50,951 bases of DNA from Octopus bimaculoides (GCF_001194135.2 NC_069005.1:14149335-14200285); one strand, 5' to 3'; counted from the first letter of the stretch, positions 38,764-50,854 are shown. Notes: generated by a model from the sequence alone, not told the origin. Program-made: numbers and translations.

Positions 38764-38806
38764 TTCAAGGACATGTTTCTGAGTCTTTGCTTGTCATCAG
38801 CCTGAA
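38764..38806 (-). ncRNA. Minimal type I hammerhead ribozyme (degenerate helix II) in a Penelope-like pseudo-LTR
   Basis: Minus strand reads TTCAGG-CTGATGA-CAAGCAAAGACTCA-GAAAC-AT-GTC-CTTGAA. The CUGAUGA and GAAA cores and a GUC cleavage triplet are present. Helix I UUCAGG/CUUGAA gives 6 bp with one G.U. Helix III is the palindrome ACAUGU, typical of PLE minimal hammerheads. Helix II CAAG/CTCA pairs fully only if restored to CGAG/CTCG. Confidence 0.8.
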
Positions 38807-39299
38807 GTAGCACAGCTGGCTAGATGAAGAAATCTGTTTCACCTTCATAAGTATACACTGTTTCAGTGAAATACATTCACTGGTAACAAAAATTAGAAAT
38901 AATGAATTTCTAAATCTCTCAGAGAGACTTAAGCAGTAGTGATGCGATAAAGTAGCTGTATACTGCCAACTCCCCCTCGCAAAGATAAGAACACAGGAAA
39001 TGTGTCAAGGTCAACAGGAAGTGGTCCAGCTTCCTAGGGCTAAATAGCAGTAGTATATTCCCTTATTGGGACTGCCACGTTAAGTTGGCAGTATACAACT
39101 ACTTTATTATATATATTGTTTCCAGTATAAATTAATATTACTAAGAAATATTACTGGCCCATGGCACACTGGGAAAAAAAATTGCTGGTACACCACATCA
39201 AATATTTTGAGAAGCACTGCTGTAGAACCAGCATGAGAAAAAGAAAGCAGACTGAACACCTTGAGATAATGCCCAAGCGAAAGAGATACTAATATATAT

Positions 39300-39309
39300 N
39301 NNNNNNNNN
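39300..39309. other. Assembly gap (10 N)
   Basis: N run. Confidence 1.
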
Positions 39310-39391
39310 TTTAGCCCTAGGAAGCTGGACCGCTTCCTGTCGGCCTTGACACAATTACCTCCTTTGAAACATGAAATCTCAAAAGGGGAGA

Positions 39392-39627
39392 TGTTGTGCG
39401 AGAGTATGACGCCCCCTGGCAAGAATGAACTGGGTCACTACATATAAATAGTAGCAGTCTGAGTGAGGTAGTTGGTCTTAGTTCCACAGTTCTTGTGTTG
39501 ATAGTTCAGACTTGGAGTTCACAGTTCAAGTTAGCGAAAGATCTTAAAAAATTGTTATGTTACGTATGGTTACTGCTTTGATTACATTGTTATTACACTG
39601 TTGCCGAAGGATTATGAGAAGTATACA
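39392..39627 (+). repeat. 3' LTR of the Gypsy element
   Basis: Starts TGTTGTGCGAGAGTA directly after the polypurine tract and is homologous to the 5' LTR with many substitutions and indels. Confidence 0.82.
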
Positions 39628-40099
39628 CACACACACACACACACACACACTTACAAGCAGGAATACCTTGGTCTGTACTCTAAATGTCTTCCCAGATTTG
39701 TTGTGTTAATTAGTCATTTAATGGTTGGGAACATTATAACAGCATTGAGATACAAGCTTGGTAGGCTATTTTAACAGAAGTACAAACACAAAGGTCATAG
39801 ACCTCAGCAAATGACTGGAAAATCAAGAGACTCACTGATGCACACTCCAGCATTTAATAACTTTTGATGACCTCACGCAATATGTTGCATACTGTAACCT
39901 AAAGTTATGATAAAGTTTGAAAACATTTAATTAAGATTGAATGCTCTTAGAAAATTATGAACCAAGTTAAATTAATCAACTTAATGAGTATACAGGCCAT
40001 TAATTCATTTGAAAGACAGCAATGACAAATAGGACAGAAGCAGCTACATCTAGGATGAATGTTCAGGCTGTGGTTCTTTCTTGTAAATTGATTACTTCC

Positions 40100-41165
40100 C
40101 CCCCCCCAAAAAAAAAGAATGCATCTAATGCCATCAGCATTTTTTGAGTTTTCTTTCACAAACCAATTCATGGTTACAGAATAGCATTCCAGGCCACCTA
40201 CCTTTATGCTGTTCATGTGCTTCTTTAGGGTCATAGTCAGTGAACTGGTTCATTGTTTCTATGGTCTTTTTGAAGCTGTTACTAAGGAATTTAGTTGTAA
40301 GATTTCTTATGGCTGTTTTTGGTTCTACGGCATGGTCTTTAGGCTTCATTTTCAATGTGTTGCTGCTCTAACTCCTACAATTCTTCAATAGATAAGCTGT
40401 TATCATACAACTATTAACTCCTCCAAATCTTCAGCATTGACATTTTACATTCTACACATATTGGCAAAATTACGGATGGCTGCTGGTAGAACTTTTTTTG
40501 TCAAATTCCAGGAAGTCACTGCATGCTTCTGGCCATGGTTTCTTTGAGATTCTGTTCTTGCAGTTCTCAGTTACTTTGTCTCGGGCTGCTCTGATATTAT
40601 CCATGGCCTTCAAACATTCATGATAGTTTTGTGTGTGTGTGTATAATGTCTCTTTAATAAGTTGAAAGTAGAAATTACCTTGCTGTTAGTATGGAGTAAG
40701 GAATAAATTAACTATTTTAATAGTAAAGCAAGTGTTGAGAATCTGGAGGAAGATTTTTGGTTTATGTTCTTCACAATAGCTTTCAATACTGGACAAAGGT
40801 ATGAAACAAACAGTGTGTAAAAACTCTTTTACCCAGACATTCTTGTTTGATTTTGAAATCTCTGTCAGAGGAATTAAATGAACCTTAGTTTCAGTTTGTT
40901 TCCTGAAGCATTGTTGCCAACTGGTAGTGTTAAATGGCTATTTTCAGCTTTGATCCAAGAAACATTCATTTTCTCTTGGAAGATGAAAGGGTAGAATTGT
41001 GTTCTTTTCCAGAAAAGGACTGTTTCATCTACATTGAATAAAAGTTGGGGAGGCTAGTTATTACACTCTTTATTCTTAAGAACCTGGGGAAATACCTTGA
41101 CTGCGTCAGTGTTTGTACTTGCAGCTTCAGTAGATGTATCTTTTCCCTTTCATTTGTTTCAGTCC
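40100..41165 (-). pseudogene. Tigger/pogo-family DDE transposase fossil
   Basis: Minus strand gives LFNVDETVLFWKRT (41021-41038 core), KAENSHLTLPVGNNASGNKLK, SNKNVWV, ARVISTF, NIRAARDKV..KKPWPE and RNLTTKFL...F..YDP. These follow the order of Tigger motifs, with many stops and frameshifts. Confidence 0.88.
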
Positions 41166-41171
41166 TTAGAC

Positions 41172-41475
41172 TGCAGCCATGATGCTGGGACACTACCTTG
41201 AGGAATTTTAGTTGAACTAATCGACCCTAGCACGATTTTCTTTCTTTTTTTTTAAAGCTTAGTATTTATTCTATTGGAATCTTTTGCTGAAGATGGGGAT
41301 ATAAACACACCAACACTGGTTGTCAAGACAGACATATACACAAAGGGCTTACAAGGCTTTAGCTGGCTTGAGGCTATAGTAGAAGACACCTGCCCAAGGT
41401 ATCACATGGTGAGAATGAACCCAGAACCATGTGGTTGTGAAGCAAACTTCTTACCACACAGTCACACCTGAGCCT
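41172..41475 (-). mobile_element. SINE family 1 copy abutting the Tigger fossil
   Basis: Reverse-complement of tail (GACTGCAGCCATGATGCTGG) and head (GAAGCAAACTTCTTACCACACAG). Confidence 0.75.
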
Positions 41476-42199
41476 AGATACAGTGTCAGTTATGTTGTCC
41501 AACTTCTACTTGTTGAGTATGCTTCTGATTTGCTCAGTTAACTTCTGTTTTCTCTGGGAGTGTTAGTTGAAAGTCTCCTGCTGGGTTGACTTGCTCTTTT
41601 CTATACTTCAGTCAGCAGCAGCTTCACAAGAAAGGCATTTTTTGTCCCACTAGGTTCCTTTTTACCATTTTTGTTCTGAATATGGCCATCAAGTAGCTTA
41701 GACTCATTTTCAGTCATAAAATGAGTAGAGAGAGTGATGACAGATGGATGACAAGGGTGAGTGAGTGAGTGTGTGAAGGGAACAAAAAAGTATGATAGAG
41801 AAAAAAAACAAAACAGGGTGATTGGAGAGGGAAGGTAGTGATGGATGATGACAGAGATAGACAGTAGTGTGATAGATAGACGGATATGGTAGTGTATTGG
41901 ATGGAAACATTTCTGATGTGTTCTTTTGTATGTAGCCACTCCCCCCCCATGATGGGGAAAAGGGGTAAGGTGATAGGAACAGTAGTAGAGGGGATTAAAT
42001 ACAGCTTGTTTCAATACCATCTTGCATTACAGAAGTAGCAGTGGGATGGGGGGTGTAATACCATCCCTAGGACAATATACCACAGTGAATTTTTAAAAAA
42101 GGGGGCATAAAGAGAAAAGAATGCTATCAAAGAGACACAAAGACTCAGATGTTGATGTCTTATACTAGTCACCATTTATTTTTACAGTGGGTAAGTGCA

Positions 42200-43707
42200 A
42201 TGTGGTTCAGTTTCAGTGACACTGTGGCAAACCTTGAAATGCTGTAACAAGAGTTTTATGGTTGTTTTTACAAACAGCAACAGTACATTCAGCAGATATG
42301 TTTTACTGTACCACCTGGTATACTCCGGTTGTCGTTAGTGTTTATTTTTCTTTTTTTTATTTCAAGTGTAACCTTTTTGGTGATCCTTTAGCAAGTGGAT
42401 TGTATAATTTTTTAATATTAGGACCAGTCCTATGGTTAGCAGCAGGTAAACCAAAAACAACTGCTGTACTTTGATCATACTGATTGTCCAATGCAGACAA
42501 CAGATCATTTATTGCATATTCAAAAACTACTTCAAAAAGCTCAGTTCAACAACACTAATGGTCATTAAGCAGGCTCAGCCTAGTGTATAGTGATAAATAT
42601 ACATCTAAACTCTTCACTAATGTTCCCAGTTCCAGCTTCATTCAAGCCCTGATCCCATGCTTGATCATTTTCTAAAAGATTCGTTATATGGCATTTTCTG
42701 CTTAAAATTTTCATAGGCAATGTTGTTAGAAGTAAACAAATGATTGACATTTGTAGGATTTCTGATGTCCAGAAGCAATAACCTCTCCCTGCAAATGATA
42801 CACTCTCTAAACTCTGCCAGTGTTTCTGAGCTCCTTTCATGCTGTGATTTAGATTTATTTTGTCAAATGTAATATAGAAAATCACTATAAAGAAATTCTT
42901 GTGTTTGGGGATCATCATTTTTCTTAAAATAATTTTTGCTTTGTCGATTGATTATGTTCAAGTGTCTCTTTGACAAACATTTAACAGCAGAATATCTTTG
43001 CTGGATTTGAAACTGGAACAATCTCCAGCAAGTTCCTGAGGCTACCATGTATCAGTGATTGTTGTTATTTAATATCTCTTCAAATTGATTTTCATTACCA
43101 ATGCCAAGATGTATATGATGAATATGATGTATACAGTAAAATTGTAGAATGATCAACATTGTTTCATACTTTTGTATTACCCCATGCTTGATATGGAGTG
43201 AGGCAACAATTGACAACTATTTCCAATATGTATGGGATCATTATGACTCTCTTCTTCCTAATTCTAGTTACTGTATTGCAGATAATAATTATTTCCAATT
43301 AATATTTGTGACCTCTAGTCTCTTGGATATTTCTTGCTGCACCAACTGTCCATTATGCAGGAGGAGTTGGGATTATCTGCTCCTCAGGGACCATGTATCG
43401 TGCTTCTTCATTAACCCTTTGCCTGCCCAAAACATTTTCATAAGTTTGTCCCAAGCATCCATGTTTCTTTTCAGTTTTTGAGTTAGCCTTTGTTTCATAT
43501 GTTGTGTAGTTTTCCTTCCATAAGTCCCAAGTTACTTGGATGGTTGGGAAAAATGGGAATGTGTATCGTGCATGGTGCATGAACACCAGAGAAATATGTC
43601 TTGTGTATCACATGTGATACACAGAACAGGCAAAAGATTAAACTGTAAATATGCAATATTTGTGGATTATTTGGATTTAGCAGTTCAAGATTAGCAACTT
43701 GTAGTTA

Positions 43708-43767
<60 letters not shown>

Positions 43768-43778
43768 CCCCCTCTCTC

Positions 43779-43820
<42 letters not shown>

Positions 43821-45300
43821 ATGAGGTAGTCCTTGTTTTGAAATTTGATATTGTCCACATTAGCTATAATCTTTCCAGTGACACCAGATTTGATACTTTT
43901 CAATAATTACTGTTTCTTCAACTTTACCCTTGCAATATCTGAGTGCCCAACAGCAAATTTGTTTTCTTTTTCTGGCTGTTTTGGATTAAGAGTAATGGTT
44001 GTAAATAATGTAGGGCCACTGTACTTTCTCAAAGTAGCCATTGCAATAAGGTAGTGTCTTGGACTACTTATTAATGAACTTGGCAGTATATATCTAGAGT
44101 CTGTATAATGAGCATTGCCAGCAAGAATAGCTTCTGCCAAAGCATTACATAAATCTGCTCTCAGTGTTGTCTGATTGTCACAAATGTTTTTGAGATGGTA
44201 TGATTGTAGTTTACTAAATTGATCGAGGCAATGTTGTTGAAATATGTTAACCTAGATGTAATAAATTAGTTGAATCAACTCTTTTCATTAGATGTTAGGA
44301 ATAAAACTGCAACTGAGATTTTCTGATTGTCCACTTTATTTAATATTCCAAAATTCTATCCAGCTAAAAGCCTCTTGGGAAAATACAGGAGTATGTCATT
44401 GGGTCATGAAATCTATTAAAGTCACTAAATGGTAGATTCTGTTGGCTCTTTGCTGCCCTAAATTTTGTTACTATCATTCTTTCAGAATTATGTACTTACT
44501 TAGTCTTCATTAGCATCTGATATTAGTATGGCAAGTCCATTGCAAGTCAGTAAGTTATCTCCTAAAATGTACATCAGGCTTCTCATTGGCATGCAAACCT
44601 ATTTCTACATCCACTGGAATATTTCCAGCATCAGTTTGTTACTAATAAATATACTATGACTGCTTCCATCAGACAGAGCTCAATGAGTTTTTCGAAACTT
44701 ATTTACATCAGGAATTTGGCTATTATTGTTTCCAAGTGCTCTTTCCATGTGTTGTCCATAAAAATAAATTTGTAACCAGGATAGTAATACCCTATTTGGT
44801 TCCTTGCAGTTCCAGTAAATCAGTAGACAATTCCATGTGTTCCGTAATTAGCTATTCTCATTATTACTGTTACAGTGTCTACTTTCATGGAGGGTGTGAT
44901 CATTGTGCTGTTAAACTTTGTTACTTGTAAAATCCTTTGCTTTAGATGTATAATTTGGGAAAAAGTAATTTAGTTTGTCAGGTATTACAGAAACATTTGT
45001 AGCATAAGCCAAAAGAGGAATTGTTCAATATGCCCCTCTGACTGTCCACAAAGAAACATTAATGATATTTTATTTCCATGAGACAACTATAAATGAAGTT
45101 CTCAACATTCATTCATAGTAACCCATCTGTATCATGGCATCTAGCCATAATTATGTGTAAATCTTGCATTATTTCAAAAGTACCTTCTGCATTGAATAGA
45201 ATCTTAAGGTAAAATGTGCTCACATTATGGGAAGTTGTTATCCGGAAATTCCATGTGGAGCATTTTTATGTTCCTCAACATGGAATTTCTTGTCTTTGTT
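42200..45300 (-). pseudogene. Helitron RepHel fossil (Rep domain to helicase Walker A), interrupted by a microsatellite at 43711-43815
   Basis: Collinear degenerate motifs on the minus strand: NQTTLRADL, YILPSSLISSPRH, KYSGPTLFTTITLNP, IKFQNK (for IEFQKR), HGCLG..., WCSKKYP, TCWRLFQFQIQQRYSAVKCL, LLENDQAWDQGLNEA and PGGTVK (Walker A-like, 42301-42318). Confidence 0.9.
43711..43815. repeat. (CT)n(CA)n microsatellite inside the Helitron Rep fossil
   Basis: Seen directly; Rep motifs lie on both sides. Confidence 0.95.
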
Positions 45301-45677
45301 TTCGTGAGTATCTCTGAAGTTATCATGCAGCATCTATTTTCTGAAGAGATTGCCTTTGTATCTGATTAATTCTCAATCTGTGCATACGTATGATAATTTA
45401 TAAGTTCAAAACATATCTAGATTATATGCTTCTGGAATTTGGATAATTTGGAAGAAATATGAAAAAAAATAAATAAATAGTGGACACTAATTTGGCAATA
45501 TTTGAGTTAAGACATTACTGCATATAATGTAATTTGACAACCTGCTGAATTTTTTCCCTTTTTTTCTAGCTGTGCCAATGGCTATTGTCATAGGTTTGAA
45601 ATATTCTGTAGTAGCTGTTCATTTTTGTTGTTACAGATATGCATCCACAAGCACACTCACACGTGTGTTTGTGTGTG

Positions 45678-45990
45678 TAGGTGCAAACATTGCTGTATGT
45701 TAAAGAAGTTTGCTTTAGGTTAGGTCTCACTGTGTGTCACCTTGGGTAAGTGTCTTCTATGATAACCTCTGATCAACTGATGCTATGTGACAGTTTGATC
45801 GGAGGAAACTAAGAAATCCATTGTGTGTGCACATGAATGTCATGTATATTGAATTGTGACCATTCGCTCTGCATTTTTAAAGATCTGTGACATAAAAGGT
45901 ATGCCCTATTTGAAAAACAGGTATGGGTTGGCAGCAAGAAGGACATTAAATAAATCTCTGTCCATTGTCATTGTAGCATGGAAGAAAGAT
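45678..45990 (+). mobile_element. SINE family 1 copy (diverged)
   Basis: Head and GGGTTGGCAGCAAGAAGGACAT tail. Confidence 0.65.
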
Positions 45991-47142
45991 ATTGACTAAA
46001 CAAATGATACATGATCTCTTTGTTTTACTCCTCTTAATGAAATATGCATAGGATATACATACAGTCACATAAACATACCTACATGCATACAGGCATGTGT
46101 TTATTGCATTTACTGTGCATATTACTGAAGTCTCTTGATGTTTTGGAGTGTTTAGTTCTGCTTGTATATGTTGCTGCCTATATTTCTGGTATAGCTGTGC
46201 TTGGCCTTTTTTGAACTAAGGTATCAACTATTGTGGGGATCTTTCTGTTGCATACAACATGTGTTAGCTAGTATAATTATGGTTCTTGATTTTTCTTTAT
46301 GCTGGTTATAATTTTAACCAGCATATGTAATCAACAGTAGTGGTCATAAGTGAATAGATTTAATGAGCAATAGTTTATGTCTGTTTATTACATGATTTGG
46401 AGTTTCCTCAGCATGACACTTTGGACACACGTCCTCTACAATAAGCTCTGTCCAGCTAAAGCCTCATGAGTGGATTTGGTCGAAAAAAATCCCGAAGGAA
46501 ACCCAGTGTGTTTGTTTGTATCTCTTTGCTTTGGTGATAGTTGTAAACAAGCATCACTGTGGAGACATTTTGGCTGTGAGATGCTATTACCTTGCCTCCA
46601 GACAGGTGAGGGTTGGTGACAGGAAGGAAATCTAGTCATAAAAAAAAAATCTGCCTGAACAGATTCTGTCTGACTCCAGCATAGAAAAATGGATGTTAAA
46701 TCGATGATAGTGATTTTATATGTTATATTATTTATATATTGTCATCATCGTTTTAACATTTAATTTTGCATGTTTGCATGGGTCAGGTAAAATTTATTGG
46801 AAGATTTTCTACAGTTGGATGCCCTTCCTGCCACCAACCCTAGCCTGTTTTCAAATAAGGTAATATTTCCCCTAGTTTTTTGAACACAAATAGCATGTGA
46901 TTTCATAGAAGATTGCAAATAAATTGTACTGCTTGTAAGTTCTGTCTACAAATTGACTTCCTTGTGTGTATACATATATATGTATATATGTGTGTAATAT
47001 GTATAACAACAAAAGAATGAGACCTATATATTTGATACCATTTAATAGATAACGAGAATGTATCGTAGCTCTTCGCTACAACATTCAAAACTCTGAGTAC
47101 TATAAATTATATATATAACACATACACACACATGCACACACA

Positions 47143-47200
47143 CTAGCAATGCATCTTGGCGTTGCCCGGGTGTTATGATCAGAATCGGCACAGCTGGTAT
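47143..47200 (-). mobile_element. Helitron 3' terminus (element extends to higher coordinates; 5' end uncertain, possibly ~48566)
   Basis: Minus strand reads CCCGGGCAACGCCAAGATGCATTGCTAG|T: a decayed GC hairpin followed by CTAG and T. Confidence 0.6.
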
Positions 47201-48433
47201 ATAGTTAATAACATAATGGAAGTTATTGTTTGTTTAAAAGTGAAGTGGGGTGGTACAATTTGCCTGGGTTTGCATGAAAGTGCTTTCTGCTCTTAAGAAG
47301 GATCAGAAATTATATATTGTTTTAGTGTAAAAAAGGAGGTTAATACAATTTTGTGCAAAAATTACATTTTCAAAAATTTAATTTTCCCCCATCCTCATCG
47401 CAATTTCTTAATTTGTAATTTTTTTTTGAATTTTATCTTTTGTTATCTACATAGAATAATAGAGATTATGAACCTGGGAAATATATTTTTTTATAACTTA
47501 ATTTTTCTTAAAGAAACACTCAGTGCCCTTCCCCCACCTTGCCTACCCATCACCTACCCACTTTCAAAAAGCTAAAATCTCCCAATCTTTCACTTTTGTC
47601 TGATGTTTTCCGCATGCATAGAATTCTACTGAAATAGCAGACGTAAAAAATACTAGATCACCATCAGAAAACCCGACATGTTAGAAACAATAGGTAAATG
47701 ACATTATTTCTGAAGAAACTTCCCTGCTTTCCAAAAAGCTAAAAGTAAAACATTGGGAGGTAACTTTTAGAAAATGGTGAGGTGATTGGTAAAATTCTTA
47801 AAGATTCATACTCTGTTTTTTCTCCATGGATTATTGAGAAAAGAATTTGAAAAAAGTAAATAATGAATTTGGTGTGGTGAGGGAGAAAATTAAAATATTG
47901 AGAACATGTTTTGTGGGTGAAATCCTAATCTCCTGTATCGCAAACATAGGAATTATAAGAAATTTAGGAAAAAATAAGGGGTGGGGAGCACAAATGTCAC
48001 CTTGGACATGCAAGAAAGAAGAGGTAAAGGTCAGGATTTTTGGAAAAACGTCCTTTTAAGTTTATATTGAAGATCAGGTTTTTAAATACACTCATCACAA
48101 ACATAAATTGCACAATAGAAAAGATCATTTCAATTGGATTTGAGCTGTAAATTTGCGCGTGCACACAACAAGAAATAACATAATATTCATATTGAAATTT
48201 TACTTAGTGTGTGTGTGTGTGTGTGTGTCAAAGGAAGTTATTTTATGGCATTCTTTTGTTTGAAGAAGTAAAGTTGTCAACTCTATCATATGGGATCATA
48301 TGATTGTTCGTTAATTTCCATAAAAATTTTAAAATTTCTTTATGCTTTGAAGAGAGGAGAAAGTGAAAAGATGACATTTGCTTTGAAGTGAGAGCAGAAA
48401 GTGAAAGATGTATGTACGTGTATATGAAATAGA

Positions 48434-48469
<36 letters not shown>

Positions 48470-49975
48470 CAAGTGAAGGTGTGGTTGTGATGTATGAATT
48501 TTTTTTTTTGCATGTATGTGTAAGTGGCACTCACTCACTTTCTCTCTCTCACACACACACATTAGATGTGGGCTCATTAAAACAGTGTAAAATGTTCTTT
48601 ACTATAGTTTACTATAGATGTAACAAATGTAGAAACATACACACACTCAGAGACACATACAAACGCATAGAATTGATAATATTGAAAACAGCCCAATGAT
48701 GTTCAAGCGAAACAAAATGTAGTTAATATAGGTGCAAAACGTACTTTCTGTAGCATAGTTATGCTATAAAAAAAAAGAAGGAAAGTCACCAATTTAGCAA
48801 AAGGTAGTATGTACCAGCAATGTAAGAAAGTACAAAATGTCAACATTTATTTGGAACATGTACTAAATGTTATAAAATTTACGATTAAATGAATGTCACT
48901 GTGAAGAAAGTGAAAGTCCAAGAAAATTTAGAAGGCGTAATTCAATTTTTCATGCAAAAATATTTTATTTTACAATTTTGAAATGAATGCTGAACAAACC
49001 TATGCTGCTGTTGTGAACATTAATTTAAAACACTTGCTGAAGGATGTATGTAGCAAGATGTAAATTAATTTGACATTACTATATATTTTTTAACTGTGTA
49101 ACGTTATACGCTATAGAATAAATACTAACGCAGTAAAAAGGTCGTGCATCGTTGATACTCACAGTGATGAAACCACATAGCAGGAATACAATAAGGAGGC
49201 TAGGAGTGTTGGAAAAGGTATTATTTTCAAATTGGTTAGGAGGAGTGGAATAACATTTCTGTAATAATATTGAAAGAGCCACTGAGGCTTTCTACTTCAC
49301 CAAGTTTTCGAATTTGTTATAACTGGAATAACATTTTTTTTTTCCAGATATATTTGTGAGTATTGTGAATGCTGTCAAATCAGCTAAACCTTTATGTTGG
49401 TAGTACTTCATAGTGAATGCTGTTGTTCATTTAAATTCCAGGCCACAACTAAACTAAACTGTTTCAAAATTGGTGATTTTTCACTTTTGGGTGGATGGGT
49501 GGGGGATACAGTCACATACATATGTTAAAACACACACAGAGACATACATTAACATACAACTCAAGCCTGTCTCTTACCCTGTGTGTGTCACTATCTTTAG
49601 ATGAGTGCGTGTTAGTTGTCACAAAAATGTATGTGTACTGACAGACACATACACCAATCAAACACACATATACTTGTGAGTCATTGACCTAACATACATA
49701 ACAAATGTGTGAACACACTCATGGAGAAAATGTGACATCGTCGTGGTGGTGGTATAAGATTTTGTTTACAATAGGTGACTAAAAGACAAAATTATAATGT
49801 TGAATTTTTGTAAAGCAAATTATGTGAATGAAAATGAAGTTTAGTTACTAGCCGAAGTTTACTGAATCTTTTGATACCACATATGTCAAAACTGGCAGCT
49901 CAGTTTTGGAATGCATTGGGAACATACATGCAAACTCTGCTTTATTGATATAGATATATGTATATATGTGTGTGT

Positions 49976-50075
49976 NNNNNNNNNNNNNNNNNNNNNNNNN
50001 NNNNNNNNNNNNNNNNNNNNNNNNNNNNNNNNNNNNNNNNNNNNNNNNNNNNNNNNNNNNNNNNNNNNNNNNNNN
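49976..50075. other. Assembly gap (100 N) within TA/TG microsatellite
   Basis: N run. Confidence 1.
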
Positions 50076-50536
50076 ATGTATATATATATGTATGTATATG
50101 TATATATGTATGTATATGTATATATTTAAATAATTTGGGAAAACGAATTTCCTAATCAATCGGGTACAACCCTTTAGCATTACATGCATCTGCATATCGT
50201 ACAGTTGGGTCTTGATTATCATATATTTATATATTTATCTGCATTTTTTAATGTTATTTTTCACATTTAATCACAGACATTTTTATTCTGATGCATATTT
50301 TATATCTTATATTTTGTATTTGTCATTATATACTTGATCTTATAAGTTTGATAATGTATACTAATTCATATTTATGATATATAATTTATAATTTTTAATT
50401 CTTAACTTTATAAAGTATAATTTTTAACTTCTAATGTTTAATTTAACGCTTAATTTTAAGGTGATGTAAAATTAGATTAATATTTTGAAAAAGAATTTGA
50501 AGATGTGTTAGAATTGTAAATCTGATGATTACTTTT

Positions 50537-50538
<2 letters not shown>

Positions 50539-50603
<65 letters not shown>
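50539..50603. repeat. (TA)n(TG)n microsatellite
   Basis: Seen directly. Confidence 0.95.
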
Positions 50604-50604
<1 letters not shown>

Positions 50605-50854
50605 ACATGTATTATAATCTTCCAATACTGAAACGTGTGGTTCCTCCATAATTGATAATTTTAATTTTAACATAAGTAGGAGATAATTAAGGAACTATAG
50701 TTTACACCCTGCTGGTATAACGGTTATATCCTTCAAAGTATTATTTTGTGAGGTGCAAATAGATACCACGAGTTTACCTTCAGATATACTAATTAGGTTA
50801 TTTTTTTGTATTATCTCAGAAGATCCGTATATCTATTAATCCTCAAAACTGAAT

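Larger units (their letters stand above)
38542..39353. mobile_element. Penelope-like element pseudo-LTR cluster (direct plus inverted partial copies)
   Basis: Direct repeat 38542-38620 = 38893-38971. Inverted arms 38598-38734 vs ~38970-39105. A third partial copy at 39310-39353 follows a 10-N gap. Contains the hammerhead motif. No RT or GIY-YIG ORF is visible. Confidence 0.7.
37411..39627 (+). mobile_element. Internally deleted Ty3/Gypsy LTR retrotransposon (Mag-like gag), pol absent
   Basis: 5' LTR TG...CA at 37411-37682, PBS-like TGGCGATGAGG at 37685-37695, gag remnant, PPT AAAAGGGGAGA at 39381-39391 and a diverged 3' LTR at 39392-~39627 (shared TATAAATAGTAGCAGTCTGAGT, AGTTCCACAGTTC, TTGTTATTACAC). 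No convincing TSD. Confidence 0.88.

Noticed and set aside
41601-42020. 139-aa minus-strand ORF
   Set aside because: It derives mostly from low-complexity purine-rich (GAGA/GATG) sequence; no recognisable domain.
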